The notes beneath the pieces were generated by a model. It had not been told where the DNA came from, did no database searches, and saw only the letters and a program-made list of their open reading frames with translations. From Beijerinckiaceae bacterium (GTDB taxonomy: Bacteria; Pseudomonadota; Alphaproteobacteria; Rhizobiales; Beijerinckiaceae): DNA of 38,834 nt. Below are positions 1 through 10,400 of this stretch, piece by piece. A program made the translations under genes and the position numbers. How positions within the stretch are numbered: the stretch's first letter is position 1; every line of letters starts with the position of its first letter. The DNA is taken from contig JBQTKC010000084.1 of assembly GCA_052386575.1 (NCBI GenBank), positions 1 through 38,834 on the forward strand. The letters are read 5' to 3'.

Positions 1-64
1 CGTTAGAACGCCGGTCTCCCAAACCGGGGGTTGGGGTATTCGAGTCCTTATCTTTTCCCAGCCA
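1..64 (+). pseudogene. Degenerate tRNA-Trp-like remnant (5' end lies outside the window); anticodon reads CCC instead of CCA
   Basis: Anticodon stem CCGGT(11-15)/ACCGG(23-27) around loop CTCCCAA, then GGGTT, TTCGAGT and a terminal GCCA (61-64). This resembles proteobacterial tRNA-Trp (CCGGTCTCCAAAACCGGGGGTTGGGGGTTCGAGTCC...GCCA), but the T-stem and acceptor 3' strand are disrupted. Confidence 0.6.
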
Positions 65-127
65 ATTAAATTTCCGGCGGGTATAGAAAATCATCTACCC
101 ACCGCATCAAGAAAGCGTAGGCAACCA

Positions 128-265
128 ATGAATACTCCCAAACCGTGCTTGCTTGAGTGTCCCGTCCTTGCAACGGAAGAGAATTTCGATGTGCAGAAAT
201 ATCTGCTCCAAAATTCAGATGTTGCGGCGGCCGTCGCTCGTGGCAATTTCAAGAGTGGTCGAGAC
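128..265 (+). pseudogene. N-terminal gene fragment with a 'YLxxNxDVAAAVxxGxFxSG' motif, as seen at the N-termini of some methyltransferases/glycosyltransferases; truncated
   Basis: MNTPKPCLLECPVLATEENFDVQKYLLQNSDVAAAVARGNFKSGRD, after which the frame loses protein-like character at the junction near position 260. Confidence 0.4.
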
Positions 266-422
266 GGCGCAGGCGATCGGCGACGATGTTTTGCAGCGAT
301 TGGCGCACGTTTTTTCCGTACCCGATTTCTTCATCCATGGAACGGCGGCGCAGCGGGTGCGGTGGTTTAACGCCGGCTTGAAATTGGGCGAAGATGATTC
401 TTGTAATATCTTCGCACGCTAG
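261..422 (+). pseudogene. C-terminal fragment of a neutral zinc metallopeptidase (YpfJ-like)
   Basis: ETAQAIGDDVLQRLAHVFSVPDFFIHGTAAQRVRWFNAGLKLGEDDSCNIF matches the recalled family C-terminus (AIGDDxLQ...PDSFTHGTSxQRxxWFxxG...CxTF); the N-terminal HExxH region is absent. Confidence 0.65.
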
Positions 423-606
423 GCCAAAGGGCCGCGGTGCGGGGGTGCGCTACGGATAATTGAGACATCCGGCTGCGGTAGGTTGGACCGCAACTGGAGG
501 TTTTGAAACGACGATCGATGGAAGGCGCAAACCCGAAGGGGCGCCCGAGGGCTCTCCCAAAGCTCGCGAAGGCGCCCCTCGGGCATCGTCGAGGGAGGAA
601 ATTCGT

Positions 607-1404
607 ATGGTTTTTGTTCTAGATCTGGAAGCTGCGAAGGTGCAGATCGAGGCGTACTCTCGCCATCGAATGCCTAGCGCGGTCACTCTCGAAGTTTCAT
701 CGAAAGATGGCATGTATGACACTCCCGAGCATTATTTCCGCGTGGGCGCGGGGGCTCTGGCGGCCATCCAGTCCTTTGCGAATTTGTGGGGTCTTAGCCA
801 GTTCAACTCAATCATGGATTTTGGATGCGGTCACGGTCGCGTCCTTCGTTGGCTCAGAGCCGCATACCCAGATGCGGCGATTGTCGGCACCGATTTAGAC
901 GATGATGGAACTCAGTTTTGCGCGAAGACTTTCGGTTCGCAGCCTCTCCCTTCATTCTGCGATTTCGATCAAATCAATCCTGATCGCAAGTTCGATTTGA
1001 TTTTTGCTGGATCCGTTATAACGCACCTGCCAGAGCGATCTTCCAAGGCCCTAATGAATAAATTCATAGATTGGCTCAATCCGGGCGGAGTTGCTGTATT
1101 CAGCACGCATGGTTCAAAAGCTGCAAGCAAACAAATGACCGGAGTTATTGATTACACAGCAGGCGGAGATCGCGTGCGGTGCCTAACTGGGTATTTCGAG
1201 ACAGGCTACGGATATGCGAGTTATCCGAAATCTTATATGAGCAAATACAACTTTTTAAGCGGTGGAGAAGGCTACGGAGTTACATTTACGAAGCCGGAAT
1301 GGTTTCTCCGTTTTTTCGAGAATGACGACCGCGTCTATTTGACGAGTATTGTCCAGCAAGGTTGGGATTTCCATCATGATATCGTCGCGTTCGTCCGGTG
1401 TTGA
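607..1404 (+). CDS. Class I SAM-dependent methyltransferase
   Basis: Motif I MDFGCGHGR, then GTDLD, FDLIFAGSVITHL and LNPGGVAVFSTHG. GGAGG Shine-Dalgarno precedes ATG 607 (the ORF track start at 460 is likely too long). Visibly more AT-rich than the core genes. Confidence 0.85.
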   Translation: MVFVLDLEAAKVQIEAYSRHRMPSAVTLEVSSKDGMYDTPEHYFRVGAGALAAIQSFANLWGLSQFNSIMDFGCGHGRVLRWLRAAYPDAAIVGTDLDDDGTQFCAKTFGSQPLPSFCDFDQINPDRKFDLIFAGSVITHLPERSSKALMNKFIDWLNPGGVAVFSTHGSKAASKQMTGVIDYTAGGDRVRCLTGYFETGYGYASYPKSYMSKYNFLSGGEGYGVTFTKPEWFLRFFENDDRVYLTSIVQQGWDFHHDIVAFVRC

Positions 1405-1670
1405 ATATCGGTACGCTGGTCGATGCGACAATCATCGAAGCGGCGGTGAAGCCGCCGCCTCATGCCGGCGGCCAGGTCAACGCGAGCGGCCCTGATGCTT
1501 CGTTCACGGTCAAGAAGGACCAGACATACTTCGGCTACAAGGCGCATCTTGCCGTGGACGAAGACAGCGGCGGCGTGCGGCAGGCCGAAATGACCTCTGC
1601 CGATCTGCACGACAGCCAGCGCGGCGAGGCGATGATCCAAGGCGACGAAGAAGCCTATTATGCCGGCAAG
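1398..1670 (+). mobile_element. IS5-family transposase internal fragment (remnant)
   Basis: GTLVDATIIEAA...DASFTVKKDQTYFGYKAHLAVDEDSG...ADLHDS...YAGKA carries the typical IS5 DDE-domain motifs (VDAT, FGYKAH); both termini are missing. Confidence 0.8.
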
Positions 1671-1772
1671 GCCGCACCACGCCCTTGCCGGGCAAACCCC
1701 GGCGGAGTTTCTTCAAACTCTCGGCATCGGCACCCCGCCACCGTCTCATATGTACTGAACCCGCACAGCCCC

Positions 1773-1801
1773 TTGCCGCCGTGCCGCCCTGTTGCTACAT
1801 A
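1773..1801 (+). promoter_or_regulatory. Putative sigma70-type promoter of rpsA
   Basis: TTGCCG (1773-1778), a 17-nt spacer and TACATA (1796-1801) resemble the alphaproteobacterial CTTG-N17-CTATAT consensus, about 150 nt upstream of rpsA. Confidence 0.5.
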
Positions 1802-1952
1802 GCAGCCCTGAACCCTGCTTTGTTCCGCCGTCCACGCGCCTGCCTGCTGATCTGGCGGGTTTGCCGCAACGGCGGCGAATGCGGGCGGACAAGGAGCACA
1901 ACCAACTCAAGCCCCGGGGCCGCCGCCTGCAGTCGGGCAAACAGGAGAACGA

Positions 1953-3734
1953 ATGGTATCCACCGACACCTACGCGCCGTCGCGCGAGGATTTCGCGGCA
2001 CTTCTTGACGAGAGCTACGGCCAAAACGAGGCCTTCGAGGGCTCCGTCGTCAAGGGGCGCGTCGTCGCGATCGAAAAAGACGTCGCGGTGATCGATCTCG
2101 GTCTAAAGACCGAAGGCCGCGTCGCCCTTAAAGAATTTCAAGGGCCTGAGCGGCAAGGCAAGCTCAGTGTCGGCGACGAGGTCGAGGTTTATCTCGAACG
2201 GATTGAGAACGCGCTCGGCGAGGCGGTCATTTCGCGCGACAAGGCGCGGCGCGAGGAAAGCTGGGTCAAGCTCGAAAAGGCCTACGAGAAACAGGAGAAG
2301 GTCGAAGGCATCATTTTCAACCAGGTCAAGGGCGGCTTCACCGTGGATCTCGACGGCGCCGTGGCGTTCTTGCCGCGCAGCCAAGTCGATATCCGCCCAA
2401 TCCGCGACGTTGCGCCTTTGATGCAGACGCCGCAGCCCTTCCAAATCCTAAAAATGGACCGCCGCCGGGGCAACATCGTCGTCTCCCGCCGCACGGTGCT
2501 CGAGGAATCCCGCGCCGAGCAACGCAACGAGATCGTCGCCAACCTCGCGGAAGCTCAGGTGATCGACGGCGTGGTGAAGAACATTACCGATTACGGCGCT
2601 TTCGTCGATCTCGGCGGCATCGACGGGCTCCTCCACGTGACCGATGTCGCCTGGCGGCGAGTCAATCACCCGACCGAGGTTTTGACAATCGGCCAGACGG
2701 TGCGAGTAAAAATCATCAAGGTCAATCACGAGACCCACCGAATCTCGCTCGGCATGAAGCAATTGCTCGATGACCCTTGGCTTGGCATCGAGGCGAAATA
2801 TCCAGCCGGCGCGCGGTTCCAGGGCCGGGTGACGAACATCACCGACTATGGCGCCTTCGTCGAGCTCGAACCGGGGATCGAAGGCCTGATCCACGTGTCG
2901 GAAATGTCCTGGACCAAGAAGAACGTGCATCCGGGCAAGCTTGTCGCGACGAGCCAGGAGGTCGAGGTTCAAGTGCTCGAAGTCGATCCCGTCAAGCGCC
3001 GCATCTCGCTTGGCCTCAAGCAAACCCTCGTCAATCCGTGGCAAGCCTTCGCCGCGAAATATCCGCCGGGCTCGGAGGTCGAGGGCGAGGTCAAGAACAA
3101 GACCGAATTCGGTCTTTTCCTCGGCCTCGACGGGGATGTCGACGGCATGGTCCATCTCTCCGACCTCGATTGGAGCAAGCCCGGCGAACAACTCATCGAG
3201 GAATATAAGAAAGGCGATGCCGTCAAGGCGAAGGTACTCGATGTCGATATCGAAAAGGAGCGCATTTCGCTCGGCATCAAGCAGCTCGGTCCTGATCCTT
3301 TCGCGGCGAAGCCGCAAGGCGAAGCCGGCGCCAAGCCCGGCGAAGACGACGCAGCCTCCATCAAGAAGGGCGCGGTCGTCACTTGCGAGGTGCTCGCGGT
3401 GAAGGATGGAGGACTCGACGTAAAACTCGCGGGGACCGATTTCACCGCCTTCATCAAACGCACCGAACTTGCGCGGGACCGGGCCGCGCAAAAGGCGGAG
3501 CGCTTTGCGGTCGGCGAGAAGGTCGATGCACGGGTCACGGTGTTCGACCGCCGCGCCCGCAAGGTCTCCGTCTCGATCAAGGCGCTTGAAGTCGCCGAGG
3601 AAAAGCAAGCGATCGCCCAATATGGCTCGGCCGATTCCGGTGCATCGCTCGGCGATATTCTCGGCGCCGCGTTAAAGGCACGCGACGACGTACCCAATAA
3701 GGGAGCGAAAGGCACGGCGGACGAGCCGGAATAA
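1953..3734 (+). CDS. rpsA: 30S ribosomal protein S1
   Basis: Six S1 repeats (GVVKNITDYGAFVDLGGIDGLLHVTD, GRVTNITDYGAFVELEPGIEGLIHVSEMSW); AGGAG SD before ATG. Confidence 0.98.
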   Translation: MVSTDTYAPSREDFAALLDESYGQNEAFEGSVVKGRVVAIEKDVAVIDLGLKTEGRVALKEFQGPERQGKLSVGDEVEVYLERIENALGEAVISRDKARREESWVKLEKAYEKQEKVEGIIFNQVKGGFTVDLDGAVAFLPRSQVDIRPIRDVAPLMQTPQPFQILKMDRRRGNIVVSRRTVLEESRAEQRNEIVANLAEAQVIDGVVKNITDYGAFVDLGGIDGLLHVTDVAWRRVNHPTEVLTIGQTVRVKIIKVNHETHRISLGMKQLLDDPWLGIEAKYPAGARFQGRVTNITDYGAFVELEPGIEGLIHVSEMSWTKKNVHPGKLVATSQEVEVQVLEVDPVKRRISLGLKQTLVNPWQAFAAKYPPGSEVEGEVKNKTEFGLFLGLDGDVDGMVHLSDLDWSKPGEQLIEEYKKGDAVKAKVLDVDIEKERISLGIKQLGPDPFAAKPQGEAGAKPGEDDAASIKKGAVVTCEVLAVKDGGLDVKLAGTDFTAFIKRTELARDRAAQKAERFAVGEKVDARVTVFDRRARKVSVSIKALEVAEEKQAIAQYGSADSGASLGDILGAALKARDDVPNKGAKGTADEPE

Positions 3735-3842
3735 GTCTTTTGAATCCTAAGGCGAGGCCGCCCGGTCCAGCGGCCGAGCCTGATGCGTACGTGGAAAAAT
3801 TTTGCATTTGCCTTTCTTTTGCGTGATCGCCACTTAGGGAGC

Positions 3843-5240
3843 TCAAATATGGATTGCCCGTTTATCCACCGCGAGCGCTGCTTCGCGCACCGCTTCGGAC
3901 AGCGTTGGATGCGCGTGGCAGGTTCTGGCCAAATCTTCCGCCGAGCCGCCGAATTCCATCAGCACGCAGGCTTCCGCGATGAGTTCGCCCGCCCCCGCGC
4001 CGATGATGTGAACGCCGAGCACGCGGTCGGACGAAGCATCGGCCAGGATCTTCACAAAGCCTTCGGTTCGCCGCATCGCCCGCGCGCGGCCGTTCGCGGT
4101 GAACGGGAATTTGCCGGTTTTATAGGCAATGCCCTTGGCCTGCAGCTCTTCCTCAGTCGCGCCAACCGCGGCAATCTCCGGCATGGTGTAGACAACGGAG
4201 GCAATCGCCTCGTAATTCACATGCCCGTGTTGGCCCGCGAGAATCTCGGCGACCGCGATCCCTTCATCCTCGGCTTTGTGGGCGAGCATGGGGCCGCGGA
4301 CGACGTCGCCGATCGCAAAGATCCCCGCGACATTGGTTGCAAAACGGCCGTCGATGACGACGCGGCCACGATCCAGCGCGACGCCGAGAGCGTCCAAGCC
4401 GAGCCCTTCGGTGAATGGAAGCCTGCCGGCCGCGACCAGCACGGCATCTGCGGCGAGCACTGAAGTTTCGCCTCCGCCGGAAGGTTCGATGCTAACGTTG
4501 AGGCCCGCTTTCGTTTTGTCGATCCCTGCCACCTTATGGCCGAGACGAAATTCAAAACCTTGTTTCTCCAGCATGCGCCGGAACTGTTTTCCCACTTCGC
4601 CGTCAAACCCTGGCAAGATGCGATCCAAATATTCGACAACGGTCACCGCTGCGCCAAGGCGGCGCCAGACAGAGCCGAGTTCGAGGCCGATGATGCCCGC
4701 CCCCACAATAAGTAGCTTTTGCGGCACCGTTTCGAGCAAAAGCGCGCCGGTCGAGGACAGAATGGTTTTTTCGTCGATCTCGATGCCCGGTAGCCGCGCG
4801 GCCTCCGAGCCCGTGGCGATGACGATATTCTTGGTCTCGAGCCTTTGAATTGATCCATCGTCTGCCTTGACGTCGATTGCGCCCGGCGCGGGAATCGTGC
4901 CCTGCCCAAAAAAAGCGTCGATATTGTGCTTCTTCAACAGAAAGCCGACGCCGTTGACATTGGCGGCGACCGTCTCGTCCTTATGTTTCATCATCGCGGG
5001 AAGGTTGAGCTGCGGCTTGCCGGTGATGACCCCGAACGCGGCAAGCTCGTGGCCAGCTTCCGCGAATTTGTCGGAAGCATGGAGCAAGGCCTTCGAGGGT
5101 ATGCAGCCGACGTTGAGGCAGGTGCCGCCATGGGTCTTGCGTTTTTCGACGACGGCAACTTTTAAGCCGAGCTGCGCCGCGCGGATCGCGCAGACATAGC
5201 CGCCGGGGCCGGTGCCGATGACAGCGAGATCGTAGGTCAT
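3843..5240 (-). CDS. lpdA: Dihydrolipoyl dehydrogenase (E3)
   Basis: GTGPGGY FAD-binding motif, GGTCLNVGCIPSK redox disulfide and C-terminal HAHPTLSE. Confidence 0.97.
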   Translation of the reverse strand: MTYDLAVIGTGPGGYVCAIRAAQLGLKVAVVEKRKTHGGTCLNVGCIPSKALLHASDKFAEAGHELAAFGVITGKPQLNLPAMMKHKDETVAANVNGVGFLLKKHNIDAFFGQGTIPAPGAIDVKADDGSIQRLETKNIVIATGSEAARLPGIEIDEKTILSSTGALLLETVPQKLLIVGAGIIGLELGSVWRRLGAAVTVVEYLDRILPGFDGEVGKQFRRMLEKQGFEFRLGHKVAGIDKTKAGLNVSIEPSGGGETSVLAADAVLVAAGRLPFTEGLGLDALGVALDRGRVVIDGRFATNVAGIFAIGDVVRGPMLAHKAEDEGIAVAEILAGQHGHVNYEAIASVVYTMPEIAAVGATEEELQAKGIAYKTGKFPFTANGRARAMRRTEGFVKILADASSDRVLGVHIIGAGAGELIAEACVLMEFGGSAEDLARTCHAHPTLSEAVREAALAVDKRAIHI

Positions 5241-5254
5241 CAGGTCTATCCAAA

Positions 5255-6076
5255 TTAACTGGCTGCCGGCCGGTGGCCCCAGGCTTGAATAACTCGTGGC
5301 ACCCCCGCCACGGTTCGCGGATTTTCCGCGAAGCGATTGAGTTCCTGTACCCAGGTATCGATTTCTTGCCGCAAGGCAAGGCCATCCCGCAGGATAGCGT
5401 CAGCAATATTTTCCAAGGTGATAACGTTTAAAAGTTTGACCTCGCCCATTGTTCCGATCGGTTGAACAAGATTTATATCCACCTTCTCGAAACCGCCGTC
5501 GGTCAGCAAAAAGGGCAAGCGTGGCCCGATGTCCGGATCACCGCCGCGTCTTCGCACCAAAGTGCAATAGAGTTCCTTGTAGCGTTGAAACGCTTCGGAT
5601 TCGGGATAGGTGAAATAGCCGCTGAAATCTATATCCTCGACAATGACGAGTCCACCGGGGCGCAAATAGCGATAAAACGCCGCGACGGCGAGAGATGGGT
5701 CGTCGAGATGGGTGAGCAGGAAGCGGGCATAAACAACGTCGAAGGCAGGACCAATGTCCTCTTCCGCGGTTCTTATGTCGAGCACGCGAAACTCTACGTT
5801 GCGAATGTCATTTGCATCCGCTTCGCGGCGCGCGATGTCGAGTTGCGCCTCATCGATGTCTGCGCCGACGGCCTTGCCGCGCGGGCCTACGCGTCCGGCC
5901 AATTCCAAGGTGACGTCACCCCCGCCGCAGCCAATATCGAGGCACAGCTGCCCGTCTCTGAGACCGAAACGATCAAACAATGACGCCGTGCTCGCGTACA
6001 TCATGCGGGAGAGCATCCTTAGGCGCTCCCTGCCAGCGGCGCCTCCGCGAATGATGTAATCATTGCCTTGCACCAT
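5255..6076 (-). CDS. Class I SAM-dependent methyltransferase inserted between sucB and lpdA
   Basis: LDIGCGGG, FDVVYARFLLTHL and LRPGGLVIVED motifs; GGAG SD before ATG at 6076 (MVQGNDY). Confidence 0.85.
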   Translation of the reverse strand: MVQGNDYIIRGGAAGRERLRMLSRMMYASTASLFDRFGLRDGQLCLDIGCGGGDVTLELAGRVGPRGKAVGADIDEAQLDIARREADANDIRNVEFRVLDIRTAEEDIGPAFDVVYARFLLTHLDDPSLAVAAFYRYLRPGGLVIVEDIDFSGYFTYPESEAFQRYKELYCTLVRRRGGDPDIGPRLPFLLTDGGFEKVDINLVQPIGTMGEVKLLNVITLENIADAILRDGLALRQEIDTWVQELNRFAENPRTVAGVPRVIQAWGHRPAAS

Positions 6077-6208
6077 AACGATCTCCACCCGAGGAGGGAC
6101 CTGACGGCCCCGGATTCTTTGTGCTTGGAGCTGGGCCGAGAGCGCCAGGAACATCGAGTCGATTCTGGTCCGGCAGAACGCCGGAACCGCAAAAGAAATT
6201 GTCCGTCT

Positions 6209-7423
6209 CTAAACATCCAGCACGAGCCGCGCCGGGTCCTCAAGCGCCTCCTTGACCCGGACCAAAAAAGTCACCGCCTCCTTGCCATCGACGATGCGGT
6301 GATCGTAAGTGAGCGCGAGATACATCATCGGGCGAATCTCGATCTTGCCCGCGGCGGCCACCGGCCGCTCTTGAATCTTGTGCACTCCCAAAATGCCCGA
6401 CTGCGGCACATTGAGGATCGGCGTCGACATCAGCGAGCCATAGACCCCGCCGTTGGTGATGGTGAAGGTGCCCCCCTGCAGCTCCTCGATCTTGAGCTGG
6501 CCGGCGCGGGCGCGCGTGCCGAGATCGGCGATCGTCTTCTCGATGCCGGCGAGGTCGAGCCTGTCGCAATCGCGCACGACCGGCACGACGAGGCCCTTGT
6601 CGGTGCCGACCGCGACACCAAGGTGATAGTAATTCTTGTAGACGATGTCGGCGCCGTCGATCTCGGCGTTGACTGAGGGCACCTCTTTGAGCGCGCCGGC
6701 GCAGGCCTTCACGAAAAACCCCATTAAGCCGAGCTTTACGCCGTGCTTTCGTTCGAACGCGTCCTTGTGGCGCGCGCGCAGGGCCATGACCTCGCTCATG
6801 TCGGCCTCGTTAAAAGTCGTTAGCATGGCGGAGGTGTTCTGCGCATCCTTGAGGCGCCGCGCGATCGTCTGGCGGAGCCGCGTCATCGGCACGCGCTCCT
6901 CGCGAGCAACCGCCGGGGCGGGCGCCGAAGACGGCGGCGGCGCGGCGGGGGCAGGGGCCGGGGGACTTGCAACATAATCGAGAACGTCGCCCTTTAGGAC
7001 CTGGCCGCGCTTGCCGGACCCCGCGACAGCGACGGGATCTAAGCCATGATCGGCGGCGATTTTTGCCGCCGCGGGCGAAGCAGGCATTTTTTGCGGGGAA
7101 GGCGCGGCTTGGGCAGGCGCCGGACTCACCGGCGCCGCCGGCGGCGGAACTGGCTTGGCTTCGGCCTTGCGAGGCGCGGCGGACGCGGCGTCCCCGATCT
7201 GGCCGAGAACAGCCCCGGGCTCAACCGTCTCGCCGTCCTTGGCGACAATTGCAGAAAGGACACCAGACGCCGGCGCGTTGATTTCGACTGTTACCTTATC
7301 CGTTTCAAGTTCGACGATTGGTTCGTCCGCCTTGACCGGCTCGCCTGCCTTCTTGAACCAGCGTCCGACTGTTGCCTCGGTGACCGATTCGCCCAAAGCC
7401 GGCACAAGGATTTCAGTTGCCAT
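6209..7423 (-). CDS. sucB: 2-oxoglutarate dehydrogenase E2, dihydrolipoyllysine succinyltransferase
   Basis: Lipoyl domain [17 protein letters not shown]...LETDKV, E3-binding [13 protein letters not shown] and catalytic YDHRIVDG. Confidence 0.97.
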   Translation of the reverse strand: MATEILVPALGESVTEATVGRWFKKAGEPVKADEPIVELETDKVTVEINAPASGVLSAIVAKDGETVEPGAVLGQIGDAASAAPRKAEAKPVPPPAAPVSPAPAQAAPSPQKMPASPAAAKIAADHGLDPVAVAGSGKRGQVLKGDVLDYVASPPAPAPAAPPPSSAPAPAVAREERVPMTRLRQTIARRLKDAQNTSAMLTTFNEADMSEVMALRARHKDAFERKHGVKLGLMGFFVKACAGALKEVPSVNAEIDGADIVYKNYYHLGVAVGTDKGLVVPVVRDCDRLDLAGIEKTIADLGTRARAGQLKIEELQGGTFTITNGGVYGSLMSTPILNVPQSGILGVHKIQERPVAAAGKIEIRPMMYLALTYDHRIVDGKEAVTFLVRVKEALEDPARLVLDV

Positions 7424-7491
7424 ATGTCCCGCCCAAAGCCTTCCGGCTTTATTTGGAGTGCGTCCAATCGAAGAAACAATAGCCCCGCCGG

Positions 7492-10400
7492 TCAAGCCGC
7501 GAAAACATCGTCCATGAAGGCATTGAGTTCCGCCAGGTGTTTCGGCATCAGCCCGGTCGCGGTCGAGGCCGACGCGTGCCTGCCGGCATAATGCGGCCGC
7601 TTGGATTTGCCGCCCGTCTGGCCGAGCACCCATTCGAGGTAAGGATCGACAAAATTCCAGGCGCCCATGTTTTTTGGCTCCTCCTGGCACCAGAAAATTT
7701 CGGCCCCTTTGAATCGCGACAAAGCAGCAACAAGGGCTTTGAGCGGGAAGGGATAGAGCTGCTCGACACGCAGCAGGTAGATGTCGTTTATGCCGCGCTT
7801 CGCGCGCTCTTCGAAAAGATCATAATAGACTTTCCCGGAACACAAGACCACCCGGCGCATCCTGGCGTCTTCCACGAGGGCGGCCGTTCCGCCCGGAATC
7901 ACTTCGGCGTCATCGAGCAAAAGCCGATGGAAGGAGGCGCCGATAGCAAACTCGTCGAGCGGCGAGACAGCGCGCTTGTGGCGGAGGAGCGATTTTGGCG
8001 TCATCAGGATGAGCGGCTTGCGGATGTCGCGCTTCAATTGACGCCGCAAGATGTGAAAATAATTGGCGGGCGTCGTGCAATTTGCCACCTGCATATTGTC
8101 CTCGGCGCACATCTGCAGGAAGCGTTCAAGCCGCGCCGAGGAATGTTCCGGCCCCTGGCCTTCGTAGCCATGCGGCAAGAGGCAGACGAGACCCGACATC
8201 CTCAGCCATTTGCGTTCGCCGGCCGAAATGAATTGATCGAACACTACCTGCGCGCCATTGGCGAAATCGCCGAACTGAGCTTCCCAAACGGTCAAGGCAT
8301 TGGGTTCGGTTAACGAATAGCCATATTCGAACCCAAGCACCGCTTCTTCCGACAGCATCGAATTGAGAACTTCGAAACGTGCCTGCTCCTGGCGGATATT
8401 GTTCAAAGGGACGTAGCGCGCTTCCGTTTCCGGGTCGATCAGGGCGGCGTGGCGTTGCGAGAAAGTGCCGCGCTCTGTGTCCTGGCCGGAAAGGCGCACC
8501 GGATAGCCTTCATCGACAAGTGTCGCGAATGCGAGCGCCTCGCCCATGGCCCAGTCGATGCCCTCGCCGGTCTCGACCATTTTGCGGCGATTGTCGAGCA
8601 AGCGCCGGATGGTGCGGTGGATGTCGAATCCTTCCGGGACCGACGTAAAGCGAAGGCCGATTTCGGTGAGCCGCGCGCGGTCTACGCCGGTGCGGCCGCG
8701 GCGGTCGTCCTCGGCCCCGGCCACCGCCGGCTTAAGACCGACCCAGCGGCCATCAAGCCAATCGGCCTTGCTGGGCCTAAAGGATTGGCTGGCGTCAAAC
8801 GCGGTTTCGAGGTGATGGCGCCAATTCGCTTGCAGTTTTGCGACCTCGCCATCGGTCATGACGCCCTCGGTGACGAGCTTTTCGGTATAGATTTGGAGCG
8901 TCGTCTTGTGCGAGCGGATTTTCTTGTACATCACCGGCTGGGTGAACGCGGGTTCATCGCCTTCGTTGTGGCCGAACCGGCGATAGCAGAACATGTCGAT
9001 GACCACCGGCTTATGGAATTTTTGCCGGAATTCGATCGCGATCTTCGCGCCATAGACGACGGCTTCCGGATCGTCGCCGTTGACGTGAATGATCGGTGCC
9101 TCGATCATTTTGGCCGTATCCGATGGATAGGGCGAGGATCGCGAGTGGCGCGGCGCGGTGGTGAAGCCAATCTGATTGTTGATGATAAAGTGAATCGACC
9201 CTCCGGTCTTGTATCCCTTGAGCCCGGAAAGCCCGAAACATTCGGCGACCACACCCTGACCCGCGAACGATGCGTCACCGTGAATGAGGAGAGGCAACAC
9301 TTTCGTGCGCTCGACGACATCGTGCAATTGATCTTGCTTGGCGCGCACTTTGCCGAGAACGACGGGATCGACGATCTCGAGATGCGACGGGTTCGCGGTC
9401 AGCGACAGATGGACGCGATTGTTGTCGAAGGCGCGGTCGGATGATGCGCCGAGATGATATTTGACGTCGCCCGAACCCTCGACATCGTCAGGCGTGAAAG
9501 AGCCGCCCTTGAATTCATTGAAAATCGCCTTGTGCGGCTTCTCCATGACCTGGGAAAGGACATTGAGGCGGCCACGGTGCGCCATGCCGATGACGATGTC
9601 CTCGACCCCCAAGGCGCCGCCGCGCTTGATAATTTGCTCCAGCGCCGGGATCATGGCTTCGCCGCCGTCGAGACCGAAGCGCTTCGTGCCCGTGTATTTG
9701 ATGGCGAGGAAATGCTCGAACCCCTCCGATTCGACGAGCTTGTTGAGGATTGCGCGCTTGCCTTCCTTGGTAAACGTTATTTCCTTGCCCGGGCCTTCGA
9801 TCCGCCGCTGCAGCCAGCTCTTTTCGGCGGGATCTGAAATATGCATGAATTCGAATCCGATGGTGCCGCAATAGGTACGGCGCAGGATATTCAACATTTC
9901 AGGAATGGTCGCGAATTTGAGCCCAAGCACGCCGTCAATGAAAATTTTCCGGGTGTAGTCGGACTCCGTGAACCCATAGGCGGAAGGATGCAGCTCTTCG
10001 TGATCTTTCGGGGGCGCGATGCCAAGCGGATCGAGATTGGCATGGAGATGGCCGCGCATGCGATAGGCGCGGATCATCATCAACGCCCGCACCGAATCTC
10101 TGGTCGCGCGTTGGAGCTCGCCTTGGGACAGAGAACCGTCTTCGCCTACTTTCGCCTCAAGCTTGGCGCCGGTCCGCGCCTCTGCGTCCGCCCAGTTGCC
10201 GTCGAGCGCCGAAACGAGTTCGCCGTCAGCGGCGGCCGGCCAACCCGGCCGCTTCCAGCGCGGCGCTTGCGCTCCCTGCGCAATCGTAGCGCTGTCATCT
10301 TCCATCTGCGTAAAAAATTCGCGCCACGAGGGGTCGAGAGAGGCCGGATCGTGCCAAAAGTTATTTTGGAGTTGTTCGACGTAGGCGGCGTTCGCCCCAT

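Noticed and set aside
520-590. Resemblance to a c-di-GMP-I riboswitch (GCAAACC...GAAG...GG)
   Set aside because: It lacks the GG-GAAA-type P2 and GCAAAG/P3 layout as I recall them; kept only as a generic stem-loop.
2448-3620. Long antisense ORFs over rpsA, and similar ones over sucA, secA, rocD and the M16 genes
   Set aside because: Shadow ORFs expected from high GC3 codon bias opposite well-supported genes; no recognisable motifs.
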